Source: an uncultured bacterium (GTDB taxonomy: Bacteria; Chloroflexota; UBA5177; JANWHV01). Taken from it: 64,000 nt of DNA. Made by a program: the position numbers and the translations under genes. The notes under the pieces are model-generated. The model did not search any database and had not been told where the DNA came from. It saw only the letters and a list, made by a program, of their open reading frames with translations. The stretch's first letter is position 1. Each line of letters opens with the position of its first letter. Of the stretch, positions 33,970 to 45,333 are shown piece after piece. Where the stretch lies: positions 224,001-288,000 of the forward strand of contig CAWHAE010000014.1 of assembly GCA_963827235.1 (NCBI GenBank). Direction: 5' to 3'.

Positions 33970-35686
33970 CTACGCGGGCTCGCGTTCGCCGAGCACCGCA
34001 CGCAGCAGCTCTTGCTCCGCTGCCCTGCACCACTGACCGTTATCGAGCTTTGCAGCAACCGTGGGGAAGCGATCGCCGAGCTGTGACAGCGCGATCAACT
34101 CCACGTCGTGCAGCATGGGATAGACGACGATCTTGCCCGCCATGGTGCGGTTCTCCACCGCCGCGATGCCGTCGGCCGCACCCGCCATGCCGGATATGGC
34201 GTCGACCGACCAGTTTGTGTCGAGCTGCCCGGACGTCACCCGTTCCAACATGATCTTCATGTCATGGATATTCGAGCCGCTGGTGCCGAACATGTAGCAG
34301 CGGCGTGCGATGTAGGTATCCAGGTCCAGGTCGTGCCGGGCAGGAGCAGGAATGCCGGCGAAAATATCGATCAAGCCGCCTTCGGCGCTCGATACTATCG
34401 CCGCCGCCACGAGCGCCGCCGGAAGGGACCAGCAGTCTGCTGATTGCTGAAGCGCGCCTTCAGCGGCTCTTTGGCGTGTTGACCAGTCTGAGCGGCACGC
34501 CGTTGCGCCTTGCGATCGGCTCGGCCTTGCGCCTGAGCGACTCCAGGCGCGCGTCGTCAACGTCGGTACCAACCACCGAGAGGCCCTCGATCGGCGCGAC
34601 AGGGCGCGGATGACGTGCATCTGACCCATGGGTCCGGCCGCGCCAACCACCAGGACGCTGTCCTTGCGGCCGCAGCTCACCCGATACCGGAATAACGCGA
34701 GTAGGAGTCGGCGCAGGAGATGCCCGTGCGTGCCTATCCAGCGGGTAAACCCGTAGTGAATGCGGCCTACGCCGACCGAGACCGGCGGCCCGATAGACTG
34801 CCCGCCGAGCACGATATTGATCATGCCAAATGCGGCAAGCTTGTCGTTGAGGAGCCTCGATCGTCTTCTTGGCCGCGCCGAAGTAGACGATATCGTCGAA
34901 GCCTCGTTTCCAGACTGTCCGTTCTGTCCAGAATAGGATCGGAAAGCCCAGCTCCTCGATGCGCGCGCGCTGGCCAGGTTCAGCGACGATCGCGGTCACG
35001 TAAGGCATGCCCGCGCTCGCCTTCGCCGCCTCCGCGCAGGCCGACCACCTGGTGACCCGAGTCGGCCACCACGAGCAGGCGTCCACCCCGCAGGATAGTC
35101 GGCGATCGACATGAGCATAAGCGTCCTCGACGCAGGCCCAGGGTTCCACAAGGGCGATGCCGACGCGCTGAGCGATTCGGGCACCGGAATGAGGAATGCG
35201 TTCTCCGGTCTGGCCGGCTCGATGTTGATACGCTCGTCGGTAAGCACATACTCCTGAAGGCCGCCTTCGAACGAGTAGCCGAAAGCCGCGTTGGATCCGC
35301 GCGTTGGGAGGAATGCGATAGTCGGTCTGCACCAGGCAGCGCTCGCCGACCTTGGTAGCGCGTTACGTCTGTTGCCTACAGCCACGATACGGCAGCAGAC
35401 CTCGTGTCCGGGCACGGTCGGCTTGTCCCCAGGCACGTAGCTCGGGCACTGGTCGAGCACCGCCCGGTCGATACCCGGACACGATTTCGGCCTTACGCGG
35501 GTGCGCGGAGAACTGCTTGAGCAGCTTCAGATCCGAGAAGCAGAGCCCGACTGCTTCGACCTTGATCAGGATCTGGCGCGGCCCAGGCTGAAAGATCTCC
35601 TTGTGCGAGTTCAGGCTGAGCTGTCCGGGCCCGACCAGCTGCAACGCGTATTGCGTCTTTCCGGCCGAATATTCACGCTCTGTCAT
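33970..35686 (-). CDS. Long Zn-binding dehydrogenase (L-sorbose-1-phosphate reductase-like), multiple frameshifts
   Basis: GLCFSDLK, PGHE, AFGY..GGLQEY, EPWACV, GAAGPMG, GTSGS, GKIVVYP across frames. Confidence 0.75.
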
Positions 35687-35792
35687 GTTCTCCACACCTC
35701 CGCCATTCAACCGCCACTCGGCTGACTTCCGCCCAGCTACCCGGTGGCAAGCCGCCGGTTAGCCGTCCTGGTCGTCAAACCGCCACACGCCT

Positions 35793-37847
35793 CTAGTGCA
35801 GCATCACCTGTCCGCCGGTCACCGGCAGTGCTTGCCCGGTCTCGTACTTCTGCTCGATCAGGTAGTAGATTGCCTTCATCACGTCGGCAGTCGTACAGCC
35901 TCGCGCCATTGGCACCTTGCTCTCGTAGAAACGCCTGACATCGTCCACAGTTGTGGCGCCCGGCACCTTACCCGTACGCAGATACTGCACGAACAGGCCG
36001 GTGTTCGGATCGGACCACAGCGGTCCGGTCAGGAAGTTGCCCGGGCAGATCGAATTCACCTTGATGCCGTCCGAGACCAGCTCCAGCGCAAACGACTGCG
36101 TGAGGCCGATGCCGCCGAACTTGCTGCCCGCGTAGGCAAAGTTCTTGTTCGAGCCCTCAAGGCCCGACTTCGAGTTGATCTGGATGATGTCGCTCCAGTA
36201 GTCGGGCCGTACCTGGTGCTGAATGGCCAGTATCGGTGCCGCCGCCTGCACGCAGACGAAGTAGCCTTTGTAGTTGACCGCGGTCGACAGGTCGAAGTCT
36301 CGCTCGGCTTGTGTCTTGACGCTGGCGGCGCGAAGCACGCCGGCATTCGAGACCAGCACGTCCAGGCCTCCGTACGTGCGGACTACCTGGTGGATCGCGG
36401 TCGGCAACCGACCGACGCTGGTCACGTCGACTGCAAGGCCGAGCGCCCGCCCCTCGCCGTGACTTTCGTTGATGGCATCCGCGGCCTGCCGTGCCCCGGC
36501 GGCGTTGACGTCTGCCAGCACGACGCAGGCGTTCTGCACCGCCAGGTCCTGGGCGATTTCCAGGCCGAATCCCTGCGCTGCCCCGGTTACCAGGGCCACC
36601 CTGCCGGCCGCACGACCGGAGCCCAGCGACGACGCGGCAATCTGCCGGCGATACGACTCGACCTCCCACTGTTCGATGAACGTGCGGAAGTCTTCGTCAA
36701 GATAGGCGATTCCACCCAACTTGCTGGCCCCGATCATGACCCTGATCGCATCGCGATAGACCAAGCGCACGAAGTTGGCATCAGGCCAGGCTCCGCCGCT
36801 CGCGAACAGCCCCAGACCCTGCACGAGGACCACGTTTGGCAGCAACTTATGCCGCTCCTCGTAGTCGCGCACCGCCGTGGAAAGCCTGCCTGCCAGCTCT
36901 GCCGGCGACTCGCCCGCCACCGTATCGATCCAGAGCGGGAACGAGCGGCAGTAGACGATTTGGTCGGGGGTGAGGGGACCGCCCATGGCGATCTCACATC
37001 CACCCGGCGTCGACACGATATCGTGTATCAGATCGTCGGTCGTCGAACGTCACGACATTCAAGGCCTCGCCCTTGCTGAGCAGGCCGCGCAAAGCCGGGC
37101 CAATCGTGTCACCAGCGACCGGGCTTCCACAGCGGAGACGCGCTGCTGCGCGGCGGGCCGCGTGCCTGGACCTGCGCTCTCGAGAGGTCGCTCAGCATGT
37201 CGAACAACCACTCGACGTCCTCCCGGATGTCATCCGCGGTGTCGCCGCAAAGCACCAGGCCATGGTTCTGCATGATCACCGCCCGAGGCCGCTCCTTGCC
37301 TGTCGCGCGCGGAACGCCTTCAGTTCGTCGCGCAGCAACCTGGCCAGGGCAAAGCCCGGATCGACGAGATCTATCCACAGTCACGTCGTCTGCGAGGCGA
37401 TGTTCGATCAAGTGCTTACCCGCTCTTGAGCACAACTGAATTGGTTGACCAGCGTGGCGTGCAGATGGACGACAAAGCGACCCGGCATGAGATGGTGCAG
37501 GACTGATTCCACGGATGGACGTTGCTGCTTCTCGGGCTGCAGCCGCGCCGCGAGCACGGCTGCCTTGAACTCGCTCTCGCGAGCCTGCCTGCGAGGTGCT
37601 CAGCTCACTGTCGAGCAGTCTCTGCAGGGCGGAGCGATCGAGATCCACGAATCCGTCCGGACCAATCGAGGCGAGCGCGGCACCGCTGCCTTTCACCTGC
37701 AGATGGTCGCCGAGCTTGACCGAGGTGTTACCGCCGCCGCCAAGGACGAGGTCCGGGATCCGATCCGAAGTAGCGTGACAGCTCGACAATGGTCTCCAGA
37801 GGGCCGAGTTCTTCGACCGAGGCCGGCCATGGAACGGTTGACGCCAT
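35793..37847 (-). CDS. Class II aldolase-like/SDR fusion (SDR resembles sorbitol-6-phosphate 2-dehydrogenase), frameshifted
   Basis: GGGGNTSVK, KGSG, MQNHGL, TPDQIVY; SDR TGAAQGFG, INSKSG, YAGSKFGG, ICPGN, ETGQALPVTGG. Confidence 0.8.
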
Positions 37848-37857
37848 GAATATCCTC

Positions 37858-39158
37858 TTACTCGCGATTTACAGCGGCACGGGCGCGCGCTGGCTGGGCA
37901 TACTGGTCGATGACTGCCGCTCCCAGGCGGGCATACGCCTCGAGGCGTGCCTCGCCGGCACCGTGGTCCCGGCCCGGCATTCCAGCCTCGTCCACGTAGC
38001 CGCTCTGCCCGTTGGCAATCAGGAACTGGTGCGCAGCCACCACGCATGCGCCTTCCCAGAAGATGTCTTTGACTGGCTCGGGTACGGGTAGCGTCGCCCG
38101 CGCACCTCGGCTCCAGCGGCAGCATCTCCGGCGAGTTGTGCTCCGTACCCGCGAGCACGGCAATGCCCGCCGCACGCAACCCGCGAACGTAGGCAGTCAG
38201 CACCTCGGGAAGGTTTCTGTTCGGAATCAGCTCGGCGCAATAGATGTGCCGGTCCGCGAGCGTGCTCACCAGGCGCTCGACCGGTTCCTCGAACGGGCAT
38301 ATGGGCGAAGCGCCGTCTGCCAGTACCGGATAGCACGGAATCCCTCCCAGGGCCAGCACCAGTGCGTACGCGTGATCGAAGCCGACGAACGTCTCTTCTA
38401 CATAGCCGGGTTTTCCCGCCTTCATGAGCTGGCTGCGAATCGTATTCTGCACCGGGAGCGCGTCAGTTAGCCCTCCCACCCAGGTCCACTCCCAGCACGA
38501 CGCCCAGAACACCGGCTCGACGTTCCGGCGCAATACGCTCGAAAACCGCCTCCTGGAACGCCTGCGCCACGTGCCGTTCCTGCAGAAAGACTGAGGAGTA
38601 CGGCACACCGTAGCGTTGCACTACTGCCGCCTTGATGGACTCCTCGCTGACGCCGGTCTCCATGCCGTGTGCGGCAAAGAGTCCGGCCAGCTTGTCGATC
38701 ACGGCAGCGAGCCTTGTCGAGTCGCTTCGCCGGATAGTCTCCAGCAAGCCGACCGCGGTGCCGGACATGGGGGAGAAGCGGGAGATGCCTTTGCCGCAGA
38801 GGTACATCTTGCCGGGGTTGCCGGGATCGTTGATTTTGACTCCGGCGAGGGCAAGGTCGTCGATCAGGCAAATCACCTCAAGCCCGAACAGAGGAAAGAC
38901 GTTCGCCGATCTGGCCAGATCGGCGAACGCCTCGTACACGCCGAAGTCGTAGTAGTTGTTTACGCCGACCACGCCGATGCCTTCGGCGGTCGCCCGCCGC
39001 AACACCTCGTCGACCGACTGGAATGCGGAGAAGTTGGGCGGAATGTGAATGTGCGCGTTGACCTTGATCCGGCCCGGCGACCTCACCTTCCGCTGCCAAA
39101 GCTCCTCAGGATCGCCCAGCGTCTTCAAGGCAGCAACGGGATCGTGGGCAACGGCCAT
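37858..39158 (-). CDS. PHP-domain metallo-hydrolase-like protein, frameshifted
   Basis: NAHIH, FGLE, NDPGNPG, ERHVA, GGIPCYPVLADG, ELIPNRN, GTEHN. Confidence 0.75.
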
Positions 39159-39328
39159 CGGTTCTTCCTCCGGCGCCGCCTGCCGGCGCGAGCCTTCCAT
39201 ACAACCCTCAGGTGCGTGACGGCAGTCGGACTTGCGCAACGACTCGCGGCCGGCCGCTCATCACAGAGTTACATACTTTGACAATATATTACATCGACCA
39301 CCGGCTCCGTGCCAAGACTGGCCTGCCG

Positions 39329-39652
39329 TCAGTCGACGTGAAACACTTCAGGCAGACGCACCCACCACTCGCCTGGGCCATGCTCCGGCACTTGCTCCTG
39401 CATGGGGTCGGTATGGGACCACCACTCCATGGTCACCGGATCGGCGGCCATCTTCTCCATGTCGGCCCGGTAGTCGCTGCCGGCGTACTCGAAGTAGGCG
39501 ATCAGCAGCGTTCCATAGCGATAGATCGAGTAGTTGCGGATGTTGCATGCCGAGATGGTGGCCAGCACGCCCGGCCACACCTGACTGTGAATGCGCTCGT
39601 ATTCAACGACTCGCTCGGGCTTGACGCGGACGACTTGCAGATAGCGCTCCAT
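39329..39652 (-). CDS. rhaM: L-rhamnose mutarotase
   Basis: EYERIHSQVWP, NIRNYSIY, EWW, EVFHVD. Confidence 0.9.
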   Translation of the reverse strand: MERYLQVVRVKPERVVEYERIHSQVWPGVLATISACNIRNYSIYRYGTLLIAYFEYAGSDYRADMEKMAADPVTMEWWSHTDPMQEQVPEHGPGEWWVRLPEVFHVD

Positions 39653-39667
39653 TTCGACGGCGCTCCT

Positions 39668-40903
39668 CTACCAGCTCATCGCCGTGCCGCCCACGCGGGC
39701 GGCATTGATGCGCTCCTGGTAGCCACTGGCCTGAAACGCCGCCAGAGGGTCGGCAGGACAACCAAGGTCGGTTCTCACCTGGGCAAGCAGCGGCCGCACG
39801 TCAGTCTCGAAGGCGGCAGTGAGCACGGCAAGGGCGCCGACCACGTCTCCGGCCTGCTGCTTCCGCGCCAGCACCGGACGATCCACCAGCAGGGCCTTGG
39901 CGTAGGCGGACTGGCAGTTGACGATCGACTGGATCATGGCCGGGATCTTGGCCTCCACGTTATGCGACTGGTCGATCATGTACGCCACCTGCTTCGCGCA
40001 CGCTTGGACGGCCGCGTCATCTTCGGCCGCGGCAAGCTCGTTGTAGATCAGGAAGAGCTCGAAAGGATTGGTCGTGCCGACGATCAAATCGTCGTCCCCG
40101 TACTTCCTGCCGTTGAAGTGGAAACCGCCCAGGCGACCTTCATCGATCAGCGTGGCGACGATCTGCTCGATGTTCGTGCCCGGCGCGTGGTGCCCCAGGT
40201 CCACCAGCACCTGAGCCTGCGGCCCGAGCTTCTGGCAGAGGAGCAACGACGTGCCCCAGTCCGGGACGTCGGTTGCGTAAAACGCCGGCTCGAAGAACTT
40301 GTATTCGACCAGCAGCCTCATGCCGGCCGGAAGCGCCGCATAGATCTGCCGTAGCGAGCAGGTCAGGCGCTGCCGCCTGCCGCGAAGATCGTCCTGTCCT
40401 GGGTAGTTGGTGCCGTCGGCCAGCCATAGACTGATCAGCGACGACCCAACGGTGCGCGCGATGTCGATGCATTCGTGGACGTGCGCCACGGCCTTGGCAC
40501 GCACTGACTCGCTGGGATGAGCCAGCGAGCCCAGCTTGTATTCCTCGTCCTGGAAGAGGTTCGGGTTGATCGCGCCGAGCATCAGCTTGCGACCGGCCGC
40601 GTGCTCCTGCGCGGCCTTCCAGTCGTCCACACGGTCCCAAGGGATGTGCAGTGCGACGCTGGGCGCCACGCCGACCAGCGACTGCACCTCTGCCGCGTCG
40701 TCCAGCTTCTCGAACAGCGTGCGCGGCACGCCGGCTTGTGGAAACACCTTGAATCGCGTCCCCGAGTTGCCGAATGCCCAGCTCGGCATCTCAATCCGCT
40801 GCGCGCGCAAGCGCGCAGCCACGTCCTCGAGCTTCCTGCCTTGCCCCGCAAGGATCTCGGCTACCACAGAGAGACCGGCCGACTGCATGCGTTCTGCGAC
40901 CAT
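39668..40903 (-). CDS. rhaI: L-rhamnose isomerase (RhaI type)
   Basis: PSWAFGNSGTRF, LHIPWD, WLADGTNYPGQ, EYKFFEP, DLGHH, GFHFN, IDQSHN. Confidence 0.93.
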   Translation of the reverse strand: MVAERMQSAGLSVVAEILAGQGRKLEDVAARLRAQRIEMPSWAFGNSGTRFKVFPQAGVPRTLFEKLDDAAEVQSLVGVAPSVALHIPWDRVDDWKAAQEHAAGRKLMLGAINPNLFQDEEYKLGSLAHPSESVRAKAVAHVHECIDIARTVGSSLISLWLADGTNYPGQDDLRGRRQRLTCSLRQIYAALPAGMRLLVEYKFFEPAFYATDVPDWGTSLLLCQKLGPQAQVLVDLGHHAPGTNIEQIVATLIDEGRLGGFHFNGRKYGDDDLIVGTTNPFELFLIYNELAAAEDDAAVQACAKQVAYMIDQSHNVEAKIPAMIQSIVNCQSAYAKALLVDRPVLARKQQAGDVVGALAVLTAAFETDVRPLLAQVRTDLGCPADPLAAFQASGYQERINAARVGGTAMSW

Positions 40904-41012
40904 TATCGAGCTCCCACTGTCACTGCGTGAGGCTGAGGCCTCCTTGCCCGGCGCTCTCCCGGCCGGCGCGCCCTCGCCTGACCCCGCCCACCGGAGCGGA
41001 CGTGGCCATCCC

Positions 41013-41187
41013 AGGATAGATCGAGCTGTAAAGTCATGTCAACATGTGTAAGAGTTTTAGCCTCTGACCGCGAGAGCGTTTCCAGATTCTCTCGTAAACG
41101 TTCTCGGATTCTCGAGAAAACGTTGCCACGCCGTTGACATGAGATGCCCACCGCCCCAGACTCATAAGCGCACATTGATTAAATGTG
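41013..41187. promoter_or_regulatory. Divergent rhaI/ino1 promoters flanking three tandem LacI-type sites
   Basis: Minus TTGACA(41037-41042)-N18-TATCCT; plus TTGACA(41134-41139)-N17-CAGACT; sites at 41072, 41094, 41116; CACATT-N5-AATGTG at 41171-41187. Confidence 0.65.
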
Positions 41188-41331
41188 TCTTTATGCATTC
41201 GGACTGCCGGGCCTGCCGGTGGGCCGGTCCAATGAGCTGAGGGCCACCGACGCCCCGCCTATCAGGCCATCTCGCTCGACCGGCTTGGCGCACGGCACGG
41301 CAGCCCGCATATGATCGGAAAGGGATTCGTC

Positions 41332-42432
41332 GTGGGCAAGGTCAGGGTAGCCATCGTCGGGGTTGGGAACTGCTCCTCCGCGCTTATCCAGGGAGTGTAC
41401 TACTACCGAGACGCGAAGGAAGGCGACTTCGTGCCCGGACTGATGCACGTGAATCTTGGCGGCTACCATGTTCGTGACATCGAGTTCGTGGCCGCGTTCG
41501 ACGTCGACTCGCGCAAAGTGGGCAAGGACCTGTCGCAAGCCATGTTCGCCGAGCCCAACAACACAATCAAGTTCTCGGACGTGCCGCACCTCGGCGTGCC
41601 GGTTCAGCGGGGCATGACACACGATGGTCTGGGGAAGTACCTCTCGGAGATCATCACCGAGTCTGCCGAACCGGTTGCCGACGTGAAGTCGATCCTCCGT
41701 CAGGCAAAGTGCGACGTCGTGATCAACTACCTGCCGGTGGGCAGCGAAGTAGCCACAAGGTGGTACGTCGGCCAGGTGCTCGAAGCCGGCTGCGCCCTGG
41801 TCAACTGCATTCCCGTGTTCATCGCCAGCGAGGACAGATGGCAGCGTCGCTTCGTGGAGAAGGGCCTGCCGATCGTGGGAGACGACATCAAGTCGCAGGT
41901 CGGGGCCACCATCACGCATCGGATGCTCGTCCATCTCTTCCGCGAGCGGGGTGTGCGGCTCGAGCGTACCAGCCAGCTCAACGTGGGCGGGAACACCGAC
42001 TTCCTCAACATGCTGGAGAGAGAGCGCCTCGAGTCGAAGAAGATCTCCAAGACCAACGCGGTGACGAGCCAGCTCGATTATGAAATCGACAAGTCGAACG
42101 TGCATATCGGTCCCAGCGACTACGTGCCGTGGCTGACCGACCGCAAATGGGCCTACGTGCGCTGCGAAGGCCGCACGTTCGGCGACGTACCGCTCAACGT
42201 GGAGATGAAGCTCGAGGTATGGGACTCGCCCAACTCGGCCGGGGTCGTGATCGATGCAGTGCGCTGCGCCAAGCTCGCTCTGGACCGCGGCACAGCCGGC
42301 ACCCTCGGCGGACCGTCCGCGTTCTTCATGAAGTCGCCGCCCGTGCAGTATGCCGACGACGTGGCATACGGCATGGTGGAGGACTTCGTTGGCGGCAGAG
42401 TAGGCCGCGAGGCCGCCGGAGCGGTGGCGTAG
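41332..42432 (+). CDS. ino1: myo-Inositol-1-phosphate synthase
   Basis: [53 protein letters not shown]. Confidence 0.96.
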   Translation: MGKVRVAIVGVGNCSSALIQGVYYYRDAKEGDFVPGLMHVNLGGYHVRDIEFVAAFDVDSRKVGKDLSQAMFAEPNNTIKFSDVPHLGVPVQRGMTHDGLGKYLSEIITESAEPVADVKSILRQAKCDVVINYLPVGSEVATRWYVGQVLEAGCALVNCIPVFIASEDRWQRRFVEKGLPIVGDDIKSQVGATITHRMLVHLFRERGVRLERTSQLNVGGNTDFLNMLERERLESKKISKTNAVTSQLDYEIDKSNVHIGPSDYVPWLTDRKWAYVRCEGRTFGDVPLNVEMKLEVWDSPNSAGVVIDAVRCAKLALDRGTAGTLGGPSAFFMKSPPVQYADDVAYGMVEDFVGGRVGREAAGAVA

Positions 42433-42593
42433 CGAGTACCCGGGCCATGGCGAGGAGATGGAGAACAGGGACTCCGACCGAGATCTAGCGACAGCTGCGG
42501 GGACAACAGCCTCAGCCGCGCCTCACGGCAGGAGCGCGGTACGAAGGCATCTGGCTATGGCCGGAGGCCCTCGTACCCCGGTCGCGCTGCTCC

Positions 42594-44108
42594 TCAGCTC
42601 CCGGCCACGCCCGCGATCTGCGCCCTGGCGCGCATCGCGACGAGCCGGCTGTGCAGCTCGTCCCAACTTCCGCCGGTACGCGGCTCGTACCGTTGCACCT
42701 GGGCGGACGCCCGGGCGACTTCACGCGCCTGGGCCATGCCGCGGATCTCGCCGGCGCCCATGGCCTGCACGAGCAGGTTTCCCAACGCGGTCGCCTCGGT
42801 CGGGCCGGCCACCACTCGCCGGCCGGTGGCGTCGGCTGCCAGCTGGCAGAGCAGGCTGTTGCGCGATCCGCCGCCGACGATGTATACGGCCTCCACCGGC
42901 GTATTAGCTAGACGCTCGAGCTGTTGGACGGTAAGTCTGTAGGTGATGGCCAGACTCTCGAGAATAGCCCGCGCAAGCACCTCAGGCGTGTCCACCCGCT
43001 CGCGCTCGGCCGCGTTGAGCTGCACCTTGATCGCCGCTGGCATGTCGTCCGGATGCAGGAACGCCGGGTCGTCGACGTTGATCACCACACGCGGGGAGTC
43101 GACTGCTGCCGCCCGCTCCATCAGCTCCTGGTAGCTCCAGTCGGCCTGAGTCCGGCTGCGCGCCCATGCCCGTCGGGACTCCTGCAGAAGCCACAGTCCC
43201 ATGATGTTCGTGTGGAAACGATACGTGCCGCCGGCGCCTCGCTCGTTGGTGAAGCCCGCCAGCCGGGCCGCTTCGCTGGTGTTCGGGCGCAGCAGCTCCA
43301 TGCCCATCAACGACCAGGTGCCGCTGCTCAGGTAAGCATGTCCATGACCCGAGCTATCCGGATCCGCCGGCACGGCGGCCACGGCGCAGGCCGTGTCGTG
43401 CGTGGGCGGTACGATGACCGGTACCGGACCCAAGCCGCTCTCCTGCCGCGTACCCGGTCGAAGCGTGCCCAGCACCATTCCTGCCGATACCGGTCCGGTC
43501 AGCATGTGAGACGGCACGCCCAGCCGCCCGATCATCTCGCGATCCCACTCGCCGTCAATGCCGAGGGCGCCAGAGGTGCTGCCGTCTGTTTGCTCGCATG
43601 CCTGTTCGCCGCACAGCCAGTAGTGCATCAAGTCCGGCATCATCAACATATTCCGCGCCAGCTCGAGCGTACGGTCACCCGATCGCACGGCAGCCATGAG
43701 CTGGTAGAGCGTGTTGAACTGAAGCTGGGCAATGCCTGTGCGCGCGAACTGCTCGGCAGCGGGCACGATCTTTGCCGCCTCGGCCGGCATGCCGTCCGTC
43801 CGGGCATCGCGGTAGTGGTAGGGATTGCCGAGCAGACGTCCTTCGAAGTCCAGCAGCCCGTAGTCCACGCCCCAGGAATCCACACCGATGCCTGCGACGT
43901 CGCCGGGATGCAGGTCGGCTGCTCGCTTCAGGCCAGCCAGGATCTCACGATAAATGCCCAACGTGTCCCAGTGCAGGCCGTCCGGCGTGCGAACGGGGAC
44001 ATTGGGAAATCGATGGATCTCCTCGAGCTCGAAGAGCTCCCCGTTGAACGCGCCCGCGATGACGCGACCGCTCTCGGCGCCCAAATCGACGGCAAGATAG
44101 CGAGACAC
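42594..44108 (-). CDS. rhaB: Rhamnulokinase
   Basis: DLGAESGR, DSWGVDY, FNTLYQL, HDTA, SSGTWSL, NIMGLW, GPTEATALGN. Confidence 0.93.
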   Translation of the reverse strand: MSRYLAVDLGAESGRVIAGAFNGELFELEEIHRFPNVPVRTPDGLHWDTLGIYREILAGLKRAADLHPGDVAGIGVDSWGVDYGLLDFEGRLLGNPYHYRDARTDGMPAEAAKIVPAAEQFARTGIAQLQFNTLYQLMAAVRSGDRTLELARNMLMMPDLMHYWLCGEQACEQTDGSTSGALGIDGEWDREMIGRLGVPSHMLTGPVSAGMVLGTLRPGTRQESGLGPVPVIVPPTHDTACAVAAVPADPDSSGHGHAYLSSGTWSLMGMELLRPNTSEAARLAGFTNERGAGGTYRFHTNIMGLWLLQESRRAWARSRTQADWSYQELMERAAAVDSPRVVINVDDPAFLHPDDMPAAIKVQLNAAERERVDTPEVLARAILESLAITYRLTVQQLERLANTPVEAVYIVGGGSRNSLLCQLAADATGRRVVAGPTEATALGNLLVQAMGAGEIRGMAQAREVARASAQVQRYEPRTGGSWDELHSRLVAMRARAQIAGVAGS

Positions 44109-44127
44109 GCTACTTTCCTCCCGATCC

Positions 44128-45183
44128 TCAGCCAAAATCTTGTACTGCAGTATAGAGAGCTACAACGTTCTCCGTAGGCGTGTTTGCCTGAATGTGATGG
44201 CACGGGGCAACGATATATCCCTTGCCGCCGCGAAATGCCCGGATGTTCTCAGCCACCTGCTCCCGCACGTCGGACTCACTGCCAAAGGGTAGTGTATGCT
44301 GGTTGTCCATGCCACCGTGAAAGATGAGCTTGTCGCCAAAGTCTCGTGCCAGCCCCTCGCGGTCCATGCCGGCGCATCGCCACTGAATGGGGTTCAGAAT
44401 GTCGACGCCCGCCTCGATAAGGTCGGGGATCATGGGGCGCATAGCACCGTCGTCGTGGTGCATAACGCGCACGCCGTAGGAATGTGCGAGCGCGATCAGC
44501 TTCGCCATGCGCGGTTTGAGAAAGCGCCGGAACAGGCGCGGACTCATGAGCAACGACTGTTGAGTGCCCAGGTCCTCGGCCACGTACATCAAGTCGATGT
44601 GGTCGCCCACCTCGCGCAGAATCCGGCTGAACACCGCGTGGTCGACGGCAAAGATGTGCTCGAGAATGCATTCCGCGATCTCGGGCGACTCGATCAGGTC
44701 CGCCAGTGACCGCTCCATGCCCCGCAGTCGGCAGTAGAGATAGAACGGCTCGCTCGAGCCGCACAGAATCGGATTCTCGGGCCACTCCGCGCACTGATCC
44801 CGCAGTGTGCTGTAATCCCACGTGTCGACCTGGGGCCAGTCGAACGCGTCCACGTCGGCCACCGATTCCGCTCCGGCAAGCGGGTAGTTCACCGCCTCTT
44901 CGTAGACGCCGAGTCCCTCCCCGTAGGAGATCATCTCCGTGCCGATGTGCCAGATCTTGAAGTGGGACTGCATGTGCCAGCCATCCGAGGCTACAGTCGC
45001 ATGTCGCGGCACCAGATGGATGCACTTGTCCACACCGAGCCGCTCATAGAGCTCGCGCTCGCCCGAGCAGCCCAGATCCTTGAGCAGGCGGGCGGTCACT
45101 TCAGCAGTTCCCCAGTAATCGCAAGGCACGCGATCGGGGCGCTCTCCGTCGAAGAGGGCTCGCCAGCGTTGGCGAGGTGTCAT
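44128..45183 (-). CDS. Uroporphyrinogen decarboxylase/MtaA-fold family protein
   Basis: RPDRVP, LRGME, EDLGTQ, HHDDG, GVDILNPIQ, GGMDNQ..LPFG, APCHHIQ. Confidence 0.88.
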   Translation of the reverse strand: MTPRQRWRALFDGERPDRVPCDYWGTAEVTARLLKDLGCSGERELYERLGVDKCIHLVPRHATVASDGWHMQSHFKIWHIGTEMISYGEGLGVYEEAVNYPLAGAESVADVDAFDWPQVDTWDYSTLRDQCAEWPENPILCGSSEPFYLYCRLRGMERSLADLIESPEIAECILEHIFAVDHAVFSRILREVGDHIDLMYVAEDLGTQQSLLMSPRLFRRFLKPRMAKLIALAHSYGVRVMHHDDGAMRPMIPDLIEAGVDILNPIQWRCAGMDREGLARDFGDKLIFHGGMDNQHTLPFGSESDVREQVAENIRAFRGGKGYIVAPCHHIQANTPTENVVALYTAVQDFG

Positions 45184-45243
45184 CCTCCTACCTCCCTGGA
45201 GTGGACAGGGTGGACGGCCCCGCCGGAGACCGCGGGCACCCGA

Positions 45244-45282
45244 TGCGCGGGCCGGGACAGTCCCGCTGTCCCGGCCCGCGCA
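45244..45282 (-). terminator. 17-bp hairpin after the rhamnose substrate-binding gene
   Basis: TGCGCGGGCCGGGACAG-tcccg-CTGTCCCGGCCCGCGCA. Confidence 0.7.
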
Positions 45283-45333
45283 GTGCCGAGCGCCACCGGT
45301 CAGGTGCCGAATCGCCCTGCCGGAACACGTGTC

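Noticed and set aside
41072-41137. Possible mini-CRISPR or tandem repeat array
   Set aside because: Units are 22 bp, degenerate, with no spacers and no cas genes; better explained as operators
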